Assembly: GCA_027039485.1 (NCBI GenBank)
Contig: JALWDZ010000026.1
Location: forward strand, 1,093-65,092
DNA length: 64,000 nucleotides
Reading direction: 5' to 3'
DNA from: Candidatus Shapirobacteria bacterium
GTDB lineage: Bacteria; Patescibacteriota; Microgenomatia; UBA12405; UBA6130
Shown: positions 49,412 through 58,234 of the stretch, in pieces
How positions within the stretch are numbered: the stretch's first letter is position 1
How the letters are laid out: each line of letters opens with the position of its first letter
The notes under the pieces: model-generated
Seen by the model: the letters and a program-made list of their open reading frames with translations, nothing else
Database searches by the model: none
Told to the model about the DNA's origin: nothing
Translations under genes and position numbers: made by a program

Positions 49412-50538
49412 ATCGTGGGTAATTCTAACAAATTCTTAGCTAACCACCAAAACGTTGCCGGCCATAATTTCAGCGGCGTAGTTTTCAAAAGATAACTAAA
49501 ATTGCGCCCCCGCTCTAAGAGGATCGGCCACCAATAACGGCGCCAGGTTCGAGAAGGATAGTTCTTGATTAGCAGCCACCACCAATTGCGCACCGTCATC
49601 CGCTGGCGCAAATTTCCCATCTTCCGGCTCGTGGCTCCACCCTGGTGATAAGCTACCAACTGGGGCAAAAAAAGCATCTGCCAGCCCCTTTCCCGCAACC
49701 GCAGAGCCAGATCGACATCTTCTAAATAAGCAAAAAAGCGTTCATCAAAACCGCCAGCAGCCAAAAAAGCGTCCCGGCGATAAACTACCGCCGCCCCATT
49801 AAGGCCATCCGCCAAATGCGGTTTTTTTAGCCAGGCTTTAAATTTTTTTCGTGCCTCCGACCATTTCCAACCATTGGCAATATTTTCCGCCCGACCCGGC
49901 AAAAAATACCGTAACCCTAAACTTTCAACCCGGCGGCCAGTTCGATCTAGCACTATTCCGCCAAAGGCGGCCACCCGCTGTTGCCGGTATTGCCATAGGA
50001 TTAGCTCTAAATTCGCCAGCCAATTATCAGCCAGGCGCACATCATCATTCAAGACCAAAAGATAATCGCCCCGGGCCGCCTTTGCCCCCTGATTCACCGC
50101 TCTCGCAAAACCAAGGTTTGTTTTATTAAAAATAGTTTTGATTACTATGCCAGGGGGTATGGAGAAGACGCTATCATCATGTTGGTTGTTCTCACCTTCA
50201 TTGTTGTTCCATGATTTTCTTCTCTCTTTTTTGTTTGGAATTTGAGGTTTGTAATTTTGATATTGTTTGTAATTTGCCTGCCTGCGCAGGCAGGGTGCTT
50301 GGTGCTTGGAATTTAATTCCTTGAGGAATTCTTTACTGCCATCATGAGAATTGTTATCAATGATGATTATTTCTAGGTTTTGTATTTGGTCATTTAAATT
50401 TTGATATTGTTTGTAATTTGCCTGCCTGCGCAGGCAGGGGATTTGGGATTTGGAATTTACAGCCCTAAAAAGGCTGTTGAGGCATTCTTGGAGAAGGTCT
50501 CGTCCCTGGAAATGGGGAATAATAACCGAAAGTTTCAT
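49369..50538 (-). CDS. Glycosyltransferase family 2 with two repeat-derived in-frame inserts
   Basis: IIDNNSHDGS, NLGFARAVN, VLNDD, FFAYLEDVD; inserts NSKSQIPCLRRQANYKQYQN and NSKHQAPCLRRQANYKQYQN. Confidence 0.88.
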   Translation of the reverse strand: MKLSVIIPHFQGRDLLQECLNSLFRAVNSKSQIPCLRRQANYKQYQNLNDQIQNLEIIIIDNNSHDGSKEFLKELNSKHQAPCLRRQANYKQYQNYKPQIPNKKERRKSWNNNEGENNQHDDSVFSIPPGIVIKTIFNKTNLGFARAVNQGAKAARGDYLLVLNDDVRLADNWLANLELILWQYRQQRVAAFGGIVLDRTGRRVESLGLRYFLPGRAENIANGWKWSEARKKFKAWLKKPHLADGLNGAAVVYRRDAFLAAGGFDERFFAYLEDVDLALRLRERGWQMLFLPQLVAYHQGGATSRKMGNLRQRMTVRNWWWLLIKNYPSRTWRRYWWPILLERGRNFSYLLKTTPLKLWPATFWWLAKNLLELPTIWRTRKPLSWLAKK

Positions 50539-51596
50539 TGGCCGACCTTAAACTCAACGACATCGCCGTCTTTCATCAGATATTCCCTGCCTTCGCTGCG
50601 GACTTTCCCAGCCGCCCGAGCTTTTTCCCAACCCCCTAATTCCACAAAGGTTGGATAATCAACGACATCGGCCCGGATAAATTTTTTGGCAAAATCAGAA
50701 TGAATTGTCCCGGCCGCCGTTACTGCTGTTGCCCCCTGTCTAATCGTCCAGGCCCGGACCTCTTTCCGGCCGGCTGTCAAAAAAGAAATCAAGTTAAGCT
50801 TTTGATAAGCCAAGGCGACCAGCCGATCCAAGCCGGATGTTGCAAAACCTAGCTCTTGCAAATATGCCCGCCGTTCCGCCTCCGAAAAAGCTCCCAATTC
50901 TGCTTCAACCCGCGCCGAAAGGGGTAGAACTGGCTGCCAGCGAAAACCGGCTAAAATTTGCTCCCGATCTTTTAACTGCTCCTCACTCAAGTTGGCAACA
51001 TAAATCACCGGTTTGGCGGTCAGAAGAAACAGGCGCTGGCTCGCCTGGCGCTCCTCGGGCGTTAAGCCAACCTCACGCGCCGGTTGGCCTTGGTCCAAAC
51101 CCTGGCGCAATTTTTCCACCGCCCGCCAAAAAATTTTCTCCTCGTCGCTAGCTCCCGGCCGCGGCGGTTTTTGCTTTTCCAAAGTCTGCAAATCAGCCAA
51201 AAGCAACTCGTTTTCAATCACGGCAATATCATCAGCCGGGTTCTTTCCCGTCCGCGGTATCTGCTTATCATCAAAAAAGCGCACCACCTCAACAATCAAC
51301 GAAACCTCCCGAATATGGGCCAAAAATTGGTTTCCCAATCCCTCACCATGGGCCGCCCCCTTCACTAGGCCGGCAATGTCGACAAACTCCACCACCGCTG
51401 GCACTATTTTTTCCGTTTTGACAATTGCCGCCAGTTTTTCCAGGCGCGGATCGGGCACCGGCACAACTCCTGTATTAGGCTCAATCGTGCAAAAAGGATA
51501 GGGGGCCACACCAGCTACCTGCTTTTTTAAAAGGGCATTAAAAAGAGTAGATTTGCCAACATTGGGCAACCCGACAATCCCCACGCTTAATTTCAT
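50535..51596 (-). CDS. ychF: Redox-regulated ATPase YchF
   Basis: GIVGLPNVGKSTLFN, YPFCTIEPN, DIAGLVKGA..GEGLGNQFL, C-terminal TGS. Confidence 0.97.
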   Translation of the reverse strand: MKLSVGIVGLPNVGKSTLFNALLKKQVAGVAPYPFCTIEPNTGVVPVPDPRLEKLAAIVKTEKIVPAVVEFVDIAGLVKGAAHGEGLGNQFLAHIREVSLIVEVVRFFDDKQIPRTGKNPADDIAVIENELLLADLQTLEKQKPPRPGASDEEKIFWRAVEKLRQGLDQGQPAREVGLTPEERQASQRLFLLTAKPVIYVANLSEEQLKDREQILAGFRWQPVLPLSARVEAELGAFSEAERRAYLQELGFATSGLDRLVALAYQKLNLISFLTAGRKEVRAWTIRQGATAVTAAGTIHSDFAKKFIRADVVDYPTFVELGGWEKARAAGKVRSEGREYLMKDGDVVEFKVGQ

Positions 51597-51638
51597 TTTC
51601 CAATTTTACCACCCCCGTTTACCCTGTTATAATTGCCT

Positions 51639-52949
51639 ATGCTTGCCAATATTTTCATCAATTTCTTGGCCCAAGGTTATCTTTTCCTCATTTCGTTTTT
51701 TACCCTGCCAGCCATCCTCCACTATCTCGGCAAGGAACAATTCGGCTTTTTAGCCTTAGCCGCCGCTCTCCTCAATTACGCCACTACTTTCGACTTTGGC
51801 TTTGGGGCCGCCCTTACCCAACGGGTAGCTTACCTCCACTCCCAAAACCGCCGCCAGCAACTAAAAACCACCATCCAAACTGGCTTTTTAACCTACACTC
51901 TCCTAGCCGCCGCCATTATCATTTCCCTTGATCTTTTCGCCCAGCCTATCCTTCACCTCTTTAACCTTTCACCCCAACTTTTTGGCCAGGCCCAGAAAAT
52001 CATGCCCCTCATCGCCCTTAACATCGGCCTTTACTTCCCCACCATTTTTGCCGCCAGCATTTTCCAGGCCGAAAACCATTTCTGGCGCTATAATTTGCGC
52101 ACTTTTATCGTTGGCACTGCCAATACCCTCGGCGTTTTTTTCCTCGCTAGCCGCCACTTTCCCCTCATTGCCATTTTCCAACTCCAAACCGCCGCCTTAC
52201 TTCTTACTTTAGCCCTCGATTTCTGGCTCCTCCGCTCCTACCTGGCTTATCCCCACTTTTCCCGCCGCCATTTTCTTCAACTCGGCCGCTTCGCCCTTTT
52301 TAAATTTCTGAGCAACACCGCCGGCCAAATCAGCACCCAATTCCCCAAATTTTTCCTTGCTTCCCTGGTCAATGTCGCCAGCGTCAGTTATTTCACCGTC
52401 CCTTTTTCTCTCATCCAAAAACTAGGGGTCATCCTTTCCCAAATCTACATCGTTTTCTTCCCCAAGATAGCCCACCTCAACGGCCGCCAGCAATCGGCAA
52501 AAATCCGCCGCCTTTTCCAACGGGGCCAACTTCTGGTCGCCATCATTACCATCCCTGCTATTGCCTTGGGCTTCTGGCTTGGGCCACTTTTCCTCAACTG
52601 GTGGCTGAAAGATCCCCAATTTGTCCGGCAAATCTTGCCCGTCTTTAATATTCTTCTCGTTTACTTTCTGGTCCACGCTTTCACGGCCATTCCGGTGGCT
52701 ATTCTTGAAGGCATTAACCAACCCCAACTGCCGGCTCTTTTAGCTTGGATTAATGCCGCTATCACCATCGGCGGCGGTTATTTCCTTATCAAACGCCTAG
52801 CCGCTCCCGGCGCTGCTCTCACTCTTCTCGGTTACACCCTTGTCACCGGACCTTCGGTTATCCTTCTCGCCTGGCGCAGCTTAAAAATCCCAAAGCCAGC
52901 GCCAAAGCCGCCACTGGACCTTAGCTCTAGTCAACCGCTCCCGCAATAA
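51639..52949 (+). CDS. Wzx/MOP-family polysaccharide flippase
   Basis: LGKEQFG, FDFGFG, about 12 TM segments; start put at ATG 51639 below TGnTATAAT. Confidence 0.82.
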   Translation: MLANIFINFLAQGYLFLISFFTLPAILHYLGKEQFGFLALAAALLNYATTFDFGFGAALTQRVAYLHSQNRRQQLKTTIQTGFLTYTLLAAAIIISLDLFAQPILHLFNLSPQLFGQAQKIMPLIALNIGLYFPTIFAASIFQAENHFWRYNLRTFIVGTANTLGVFFLASRHFPLIAIFQLQTAALLLTLALDFWLLRSYLAYPHFSRRHFLQLGRFALFKFLSNTAGQISTQFPKFFLASLVNVASVSYFTVPFSLIQKLGVILSQIYIVFFPKIAHLNGRQQSAKIRRLFQRGQLLVAIITIPAIALGFWLGPLFLNWWLKDPQFVRQILPVFNILLVYFLVHAFTAIPVAILEGINQPQLPALLAWINAAITIGGGYFLIKRLAAPGAALTLLGYTLVTGPSVILLAWRSLKIPKPAPKPPLDLSSSQPLPQ

Positions 52950-53987
52950 TTGGGCAAAAGCATTGCCCAAAAAAGTAAAACTTAAAACAAGACGATAAAG
53001 CCAAAGCGGGTAATGGTGCTTTCGTAAAAATAGGAAAAGCGAGGCAAAATAGCGCCGGTAAAATTGCCACCGCTCTTTCATTTTCCAATTTTTCCAACTC
53101 CCACCGCCAAAGTGAATTATTTCCGCCGCTGGCACCACCACCAACTTACCCAATCCTAATTTTTTAACTCGGTACGACCAGTCAACATCTTCAAAAAAGA
53201 AAAAATAATCCTCGTCAAGGCCTTTTGTTTTTTGCCAAACTGTCCGCCGAGCCAGCAAAGCTGCCCCCGGCAATTGTTCAACTGGCGTTGGCATTTTGCT
53301 CACCTGGCTAAAGACCAGCCACTTTAGCGGCGTGGCTGTCACCAGCCAGCGGCCGGCCAGGCTATGGTAAAACGCCATTTGCCAAAGGTTAGGAAAACGC
53401 ATATAGTAGCGCTGCTGAAAACTGCCGTCGGGGTTTAATAACCTAGGAGACACGGCGGCCACATCGCCATGTTTTTCTAAATAGCCCACCATCTTCTCTA
53501 AGGCTCCCTTCTTAACAATAGTATCTGAATTAAGAAGAAGGATATATTTGCCTCTGGCAATTCTTATTCCTTGGTTGTTAGCCTTTGCAAAACCAAGGTT
53601 TGTTTTATTAAAGATAGTTTTAATGGCTATGCCCTGGGGTATAGAAAAAATACCACTGTGTCGGTTATTTTCACTTTCACTGTCATTCTGAGATTTTCTT
53701 CTTTTCTTTTTGTTTAGAATTTGAGATTTGGGATTTGGAATTTGGGATTTGGAATTTAATTCCTTGAGGAATTCTTTACTGCCATCATGAGAATTATTAT
53801 CAATGATGATTATTTCCATGTTTTGAATTTGGTCATTTAAATTTTGATATTGTTTGTAATTTCCCTGCCTGCGCAGGCAGGGAATTTGGGATTTGGAATT
53901 TACAGCCTCAAAAAGGCTGTTGAGGCATTGTTGGAGGAGATCCTTAGTGTTGTAATTGACAATGATAATGGAGAGGAGAGGACTCAT
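52881..53987 (-). CDS. Glycosyltransferase family 2 with two repeat-derived in-frame inserts
   Basis: IVNYN, IIDNNSHDGS, LLNSDT, FFFEDVDW; inserts NSKSQIPCLRRQ and NSKSQIPNPKSQILN. Confidence 0.88.
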   Translation of the reverse strand: MSPLLSIIIVNYNTKDLLQQCLNSLFEAVNSKSQIPCLRRQGNYKQYQNLNDQIQNMEIIIIDNNSHDGSKEFLKELNSKSQIPNPKSQILNKKKRRKSQNDSESENNRHSGIFSIPQGIAIKTIFNKTNLGFAKANNQGIRIARGKYILLLNSDTIVKKGALEKMVGYLEKHGDVAAVSPRLLNPDGSFQQRYYMRFPNLWQMAFYHSLAGRWLVTATPLKWLVFSQVSKMPTPVEQLPGAALLARRTVWQKTKGLDEDYFFFFEDVDWSYRVKKLGLGKLVVVPAAEIIHFGGGSWKNWKMKERWQFYRRYFASLFLFLRKHHYPLWLYRLVLSFTFLGNAFAQLLRERLTRAKVQWRLWRWLWDF

Positions 53988-55204
53988 TTTTGCCGCAAAA
54001 TTCGGTAGACAAACAAATTATTAATCACTAGCCCATACGCCTCGCCAACGACCATCGCCCAGGCGGCTCCGACAACCCCCCAATGGGCAATCAAATACCA
54101 ACCACCAACAAGCATCACCAAAAAATTGGAAAAAGCCCAAGGCAAAAACTGCTTTACCCGGTCTGAATTATGAATTATATTGCCCGGCAAAGCGTTGACG
54201 AAAAAGAGAATAAGCGCCCCACCTAAAATGCGGAAAAGGGGCACCGCCGGGAGATAGCGGGGACCATAAAGAATCAAAACCAGCAGGCGGCCAGCAAAAA
54301 TAAAAACCGCGCTTAAAGGAAGAGCCAAAAGCAAAAGGCCCAACCAAAGGCGCAAATATAATCTTGGCAAATCACGGTGGCGCTGACGCAAAAGGCGCGC
54401 CGAGAGTGGGAAAAAAGCCACCGCTACCCCTTGGGGAATAACAATGCCCGCCTCGACAAATTTCCCCGCTGCCCCATAAATGCCCGCCCAATAATTTCCC
54501 AAAAGGCGGCCAACCAAAATAATTGGCAGGCGCAAATAAAAAACAGCCAGCACTAAAAGAACGGCAAAAACCCAAGCTTGGCTTAATGCTCGGCGGGCAA
54601 ATTGCCAATCTAAACGCCAAGACCAATGGGGCAAACGGTAAAACAACAGTAAAAAGCCAAAAAGAAAAAGGTAGGCCAACAAATAACCGGCCAAAACTAC
54701 CGCCAGAGGTTGGTGCCACCAAGCTGCCAGGACGGAAAACAAGCCCGAGCCAAAAGACATAGCCAAGGTTGCCCCAGCGGCGAACCAGGGGCGTTCCCGG
54801 CCATTTTCTACCGCTCCGATAATATTGAGCAAATTGGCCGGGGCCAGGGCCGCTTCGAAAACAAACAGCAGCCAAAGCCCCCGCCCGCGTACACCGATAA
54901 GCCAGGCAGCTAGCAAAGTTATAACCACGGTGGCCACGGCCAGCCACAAACGCAACGGCAACAGCTTGGCCAAAAAATCCGGCGCCTCCCGAGGATGGCG
55001 GGCAACCCAGCGCAACGCCAGGCGCTCCAAGCCAAAGTCAGCTAAGGGGTAAAAATTGTAGCCAAAGCTAATCGTCCACAACAAAAGGCCAAAATCCGGC
55101 ACCGCCAGTAATCTTGCCAGCAATAGGAAAAAAAGAAAACCTAAAGCTCGAGCAGCGATTTGCGCCCCAGAAAGGACGGCGCTGTTTAACAAGAGCTTTT
55201 TCAT
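53984..55204 (-). CDS. Wzx-family flippase
   Basis: [26 protein letters not shown]. Confidence 0.85.
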   Translation of the reverse strand: MKKLLLNSAVLSGAQIAARALGFLFFLLLARLLAVPDFGLLLWTISFGYNFYPLADFGLERLALRWVARHPREAPDFLAKLLPLRLWLAVATVVITLLAAWLIGVRGRGLWLLFVFEAALAPANLLNIIGAVENGRERPWFAAGATLAMSFGSGLFSVLAAWWHQPLAVVLAGYLLAYLFLFGFLLLFYRLPHWSWRLDWQFARRALSQAWVFAVLLVLAVFYLRLPIILVGRLLGNYWAGIYGAAGKFVEAGIVIPQGVAVAFFPLSARLLRQRHRDLPRLYLRLWLGLLLLALPLSAVFIFAGRLLVLILYGPRYLPAVPLFRILGGALILFFVNALPGNIIHNSDRVKQFLPWAFSNFLVMLVGGWYLIAHWGVVGAAWAMVVGEAYGLVINNLFVYRILRQK

Positions 55205-56229
55205 TCCTGCGAAAATAATTGGTCTTGCCACCCTGGCGGCAGGGGTAATTTTAAGAGTTGGAACGCCCGCCGGGTGAGCATCCGCCCCCGCGGTGTCCGT
55301 TTCAAAAAGCCGGCCTGCAAGAGAAACGGCTCGTAAACTTCCCGAACTGTCCCCACATCTTCATTAAGCATCGCCGCTAAAGTTTCCAGCCCGACCGGCC
55401 CGCCCTGATGCTCTCGGGCCAATGTTTGCAAGAGATGACGATCAGTCTTGGTCAACCCCTGTTCGTCAATAGCCATCATTGCCAATGCCTCGCGGACCAC
55501 ATTTACTGTTACCTGGCCATTAGCCTCAATTTCGGCAAAATCGCGCACCCGCCGCAAAAGGCGATTGGCAATGCGGGGCGTGCCCCGGGAGCGGCGGGCA
55601 ATCTCTAAAGCGGCCGCCTCACCAATAGCCAAGCCCAAAACTCGCGCCGAACGGATGACGATTTTTTGCAAATCCTCGTTCGAATAAAAAGCTAACCGCT
55701 GGACCAATCCAAAACGGTCGCGCATCGGCGACGAAAGCAGGCCAATTCGAGTGGTTGCTCCAATCACCGTAAAATGGTTCAAATCAAGCCGTAAACTCCG
55801 CGCCGCCGGGCCTTTACCCAAAACCAAATCCAGCTTAAAGTCTTCCATCGCCGGATAAAGCGTTTCTTCAACTGATTTATGGAGGCGATGAATTTCGTCG
55901 ATAAAAAAAATGTCGCCTTCTTCTAGCGAAGTTAGAATTGAGGCTAAATCGCCGGCCCTTTCCAGAGCTGGCCCCGAAGTGACCCGAATATCCACCCCCA
56001 TTTCCTTTGCCAAAAGGGTAGCCAAGGTAGTTTTTCCCAACCCCGGCGGCCCATAAAAAAGGAGATGGTCCAAGGGCTCGTGGCGCTTCCGGGCTGCATT
56101 GATGATAATCCGCAGCTGGCGCTTTAAATTCGGCTGGCCAATAAAATCCCGCAAACTCTGCGGCCGCAAGGAAAGCTCGGCCCCCTTTTCTTCTTCGTCG
56201 ACTAATTTTTTCAAGACATCAGCGCCCAT
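55201..56229 (-). CDS. ruvB: Holliday junction branch migration ATPase RuvB
   Basis: [37 protein letters not shown]. Confidence 0.97.
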   Translation of the reverse strand: MGADVLKKLVDEEEKGAELSLRPQSLRDFIGQPNLKRQLRIIINAARKRHEPLDHLLFYGPPGLGKTTLATLLAKEMGVDIRVTSGPALERAGDLASILTSLEEGDIFFIDEIHRLHKSVEETLYPAMEDFKLDLVLGKGPAARSLRLDLNHFTVIGATTRIGLLSSPMRDRFGLVQRLAFYSNEDLQKIVIRSARVLGLAIGEAAALEIARRSRGTPRIANRLLRRVRDFAEIEANGQVTVNVVREALAMMAIDEQGLTKTDRHLLQTLAREHQGGPVGLETLAAMLNEDVGTVREVYEPFLLQAGFLKRTPRGRMLTRRAFQLLKLPLPPGWQDQLFSQE

Positions 56230-56803
56230 AACTTTTCCCCAATTTTTGTAACGCAAATTTTACTATTTCCTCAGTTGCCGTCACTTCTTGGGGCAAATCC
56301 CGCAAAGCTTGGTCGATTTCCGCCCGTTGGAAGCCCAAATTGCGCAAAGCTTGATAAACCTCTTCATTGCCGCCCTGGCCGGTACGCAAATCGAGGCTTT
56401 TCACCTCGCCCACTTTAGTTTTCAAATCGACAATAATCCGCTGGGCGCCCTTGCGACCAATTCCTTTCACCTGCTGAAAAAAAGCCACATCGGCTTCGGC
56501 AATTGCCCGCAAAATTCGCTCGCCATTGCCAACGGCAAAAATTTCTAAAGCTGTCCGGGGACCAACGCCGCTTACCGAAAGCAAAAGCTGAAATACTTCC
56601 CGGTCGCGGGCTTGCAGAAAGCCATAAAGATCGCTACTGTTTTCGGCTACATAATGGGCAATAAAAAGCTTGGCTTCCTTCCCTACTGCCAGTTTGCCTA
56701 AATCACGCCGGGAAAGAAAAACAAACCAGCCAATTCCCATTGTTTCAATTTCCACCCAGCCATCCCCTTTATTAGTCACCGGCCCCCGCAGACTGCCAAT
56801 CAT
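56219..56803 (-). CDS. ruvA: Holliday junction DNA-binding protein RuvA
   Basis: MIGSLRG, LYGF, HhH motifs VSGVGPRTA and [16 protein letters not shown]. Confidence 0.96.
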   Translation of the reverse strand: MIGSLRGPVTNKGDGWVEIETMGIGWFVFLSRRDLGKLAVGKEAKLFIAHYVAENSSDLYGFLQARDREVFQLLLSVSGVGPRTALEIFAVGNGERILRAIAEADVAFFQQVKGIGRKGAQRIIVDLKTKVGEVKSLDLRTGQGGNEEVYQALRNLGFQRAEIDQALRDLPQEVTATEEIVKFALQKLGKSYGR

Positions 56804-56877
56804 ATTTCTATTATAGCAGGCTGACGCCAACTACCAACAAACAACTGACCAACAACAGAAAGTAATTCCATTTACCT

Positions 56878-57247
56878 CGTCATGCTGAAACCTACCTGTG
56901 CAGGCAGGCAATACTAAAATCCTAAATTCAAAATCCTAAACTATAAACAAATTCAAATGACCAAAATCCAAATGTTCTAAACATTTCTTTTTCTTTGCCT
57001 TTTTCTTTTGTTTTGGTCATTTGGTTATTTAATCATTTGGTAATTGTTTAGGATTTGGGTCATTAGGATTTAGGATTTGTTTGTGATTTGGTGTTTGGGA
57101 TTTGGAATTTGGTGCTTTTTTGACCTAGTTCCTCCAACCTAGCTCTTAGTTCCACTTTAACTTCTTTTCCACTTTACACTTGAATTTTTCACTTCCTTAG
57201 CCCTTCGCCCTTAGCTCTTAGCCCCTTCTTACCTAGTTCCTAGTTCC
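56878..57247 (+). repeat. Armed repeat element D (CGTCATGCTG remnant and palindrome, L arm 56910-56986, empty spacer, R arm 57009-57115, heptamer tail)
   Basis: Arms match A-C; tail of CCTAGTT/TTTTCAC/CCCTTAG units reaches the yvcK stop. Confidence 0.85.
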
Positions 57248-58207
57248 AATCACCTTCTTCAGCACTCTGCCCAATTTAACCGGACTATGGCGGAGGCGCA
57301 TATTTTGCTTTTCAATAATGGCCACATCGGCAACCAAAGGTTTAGGTTGTAATTTTCTATCCACTTTAATTGGCTGGGAGTGCTCATAGCGATAAAGCCG
57401 CCATACTTTAGCCAACTGTTTCTTTGGTAAAGCCTGCCAATCAGGCATAATAACAACATCAAAAGGCCGATTCACCCGCAAATAACGGCGGAAAATTGCT
57501 AGATAATCTCGCTGGGTGCCCCACCGGCTTTCGTTAGCTACTGTCATCAAATTAGCAATCAAAATTTTCTTGGCTCGGCTTTGGCGGTAAGCAGCCGCCA
57601 TGCCCCGTGGCAAAAAATTAGCCAGCAATGACCCGTACAAACTGCCCGGGCCGATAATGATAACCTGGCTTTCTTTAATCGCCTGAATAGCCTCCGGATT
57701 TGCTCGTACCCGTGGCTCCAGCCAAATCTTCTTTACCCGGTCGGTTGACATCCGCTGCAAATCCAAATAATGTTCGCCGCGGTACTCTTGGCCGCTTAAA
57801 GTCCGAAAAGCCAAATCTGCCGGCTCGGTGGCTACCGGCACTACCCGCCCGGCTAACTTGACACCCATTAGCTCCTGAAAAAATTTGTCGGCCTGATTAA
57901 TATCCCCCAATTTCTCCACCAAAAAGCGAAAGAAACTGTTGCCAAAATTTCTTCCCCGCCCATCTCGATAGCGCAACATTTCTTGCCACAGCTTTTTCCT
58001 TTTTCCATCCCGCCAAAGAGAAATCAATGCCCGCCAATAATCAGAAAACGCTAAAAGCTGCCCTCTCTCATCGGTGCGCATCCGCCCAGTATCACCGCCG
58101 CTATCAAAAGTAGTTACCACCGAAACAATATTCTGGAACCCAGCCCGAAGGAGGGCCCTGTTAGTAACCGGCATGCCCGACCCGCCGCCGACAGTACAAA
58201 TCCTCAT
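57233..58207 (-). CDS. YvcK/GlmR (CofD-related, UPF0052) family protein
   Basis: GGGSG, VTTFDSGGDTG.MR, FGN, GE, IIGPGSLYGSLL, LRH; start put at ATG 58207. Confidence 0.85.
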   Translation of the reverse strand: MRICTVGGGSGMPVTNRALLRAGFQNIVSVVTTFDSGGDTGRMRTDERGQLLAFSDYWRALISLWRDGKRKKLWQEMLRYRDGRGRNFGNSFFRFLVEKLGDINQADKFFQELMGVKLAGRVVPVATEPADLAFRTLSGQEYRGEHYLDLQRMSTDRVKKIWLEPRVRANPEAIQAIKESQVIIIGPGSLYGSLLANFLPRGMAAAYRQSRAKKILIANLMTVANESRWGTQRDYLAIFRRYLRVNRPFDVVIMPDWQALPKKQLAKVWRLYRYEHSQPIKVDRKLQPKPLVADVAIIEKQNMRLRHSPVKLGRVLKKVIGTRN

Positions 58208-58234
58208 TACTCCATTATAACGCCCCAATGCTAA

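Noticed and set aside
49369-53987. Shared GT2 segment read as a DGR template/variable repeat pair
   Set aside because: Differences are not confined to adenines, both copies are in N-terminal coding regions, and no reverse transcriptase is in the window
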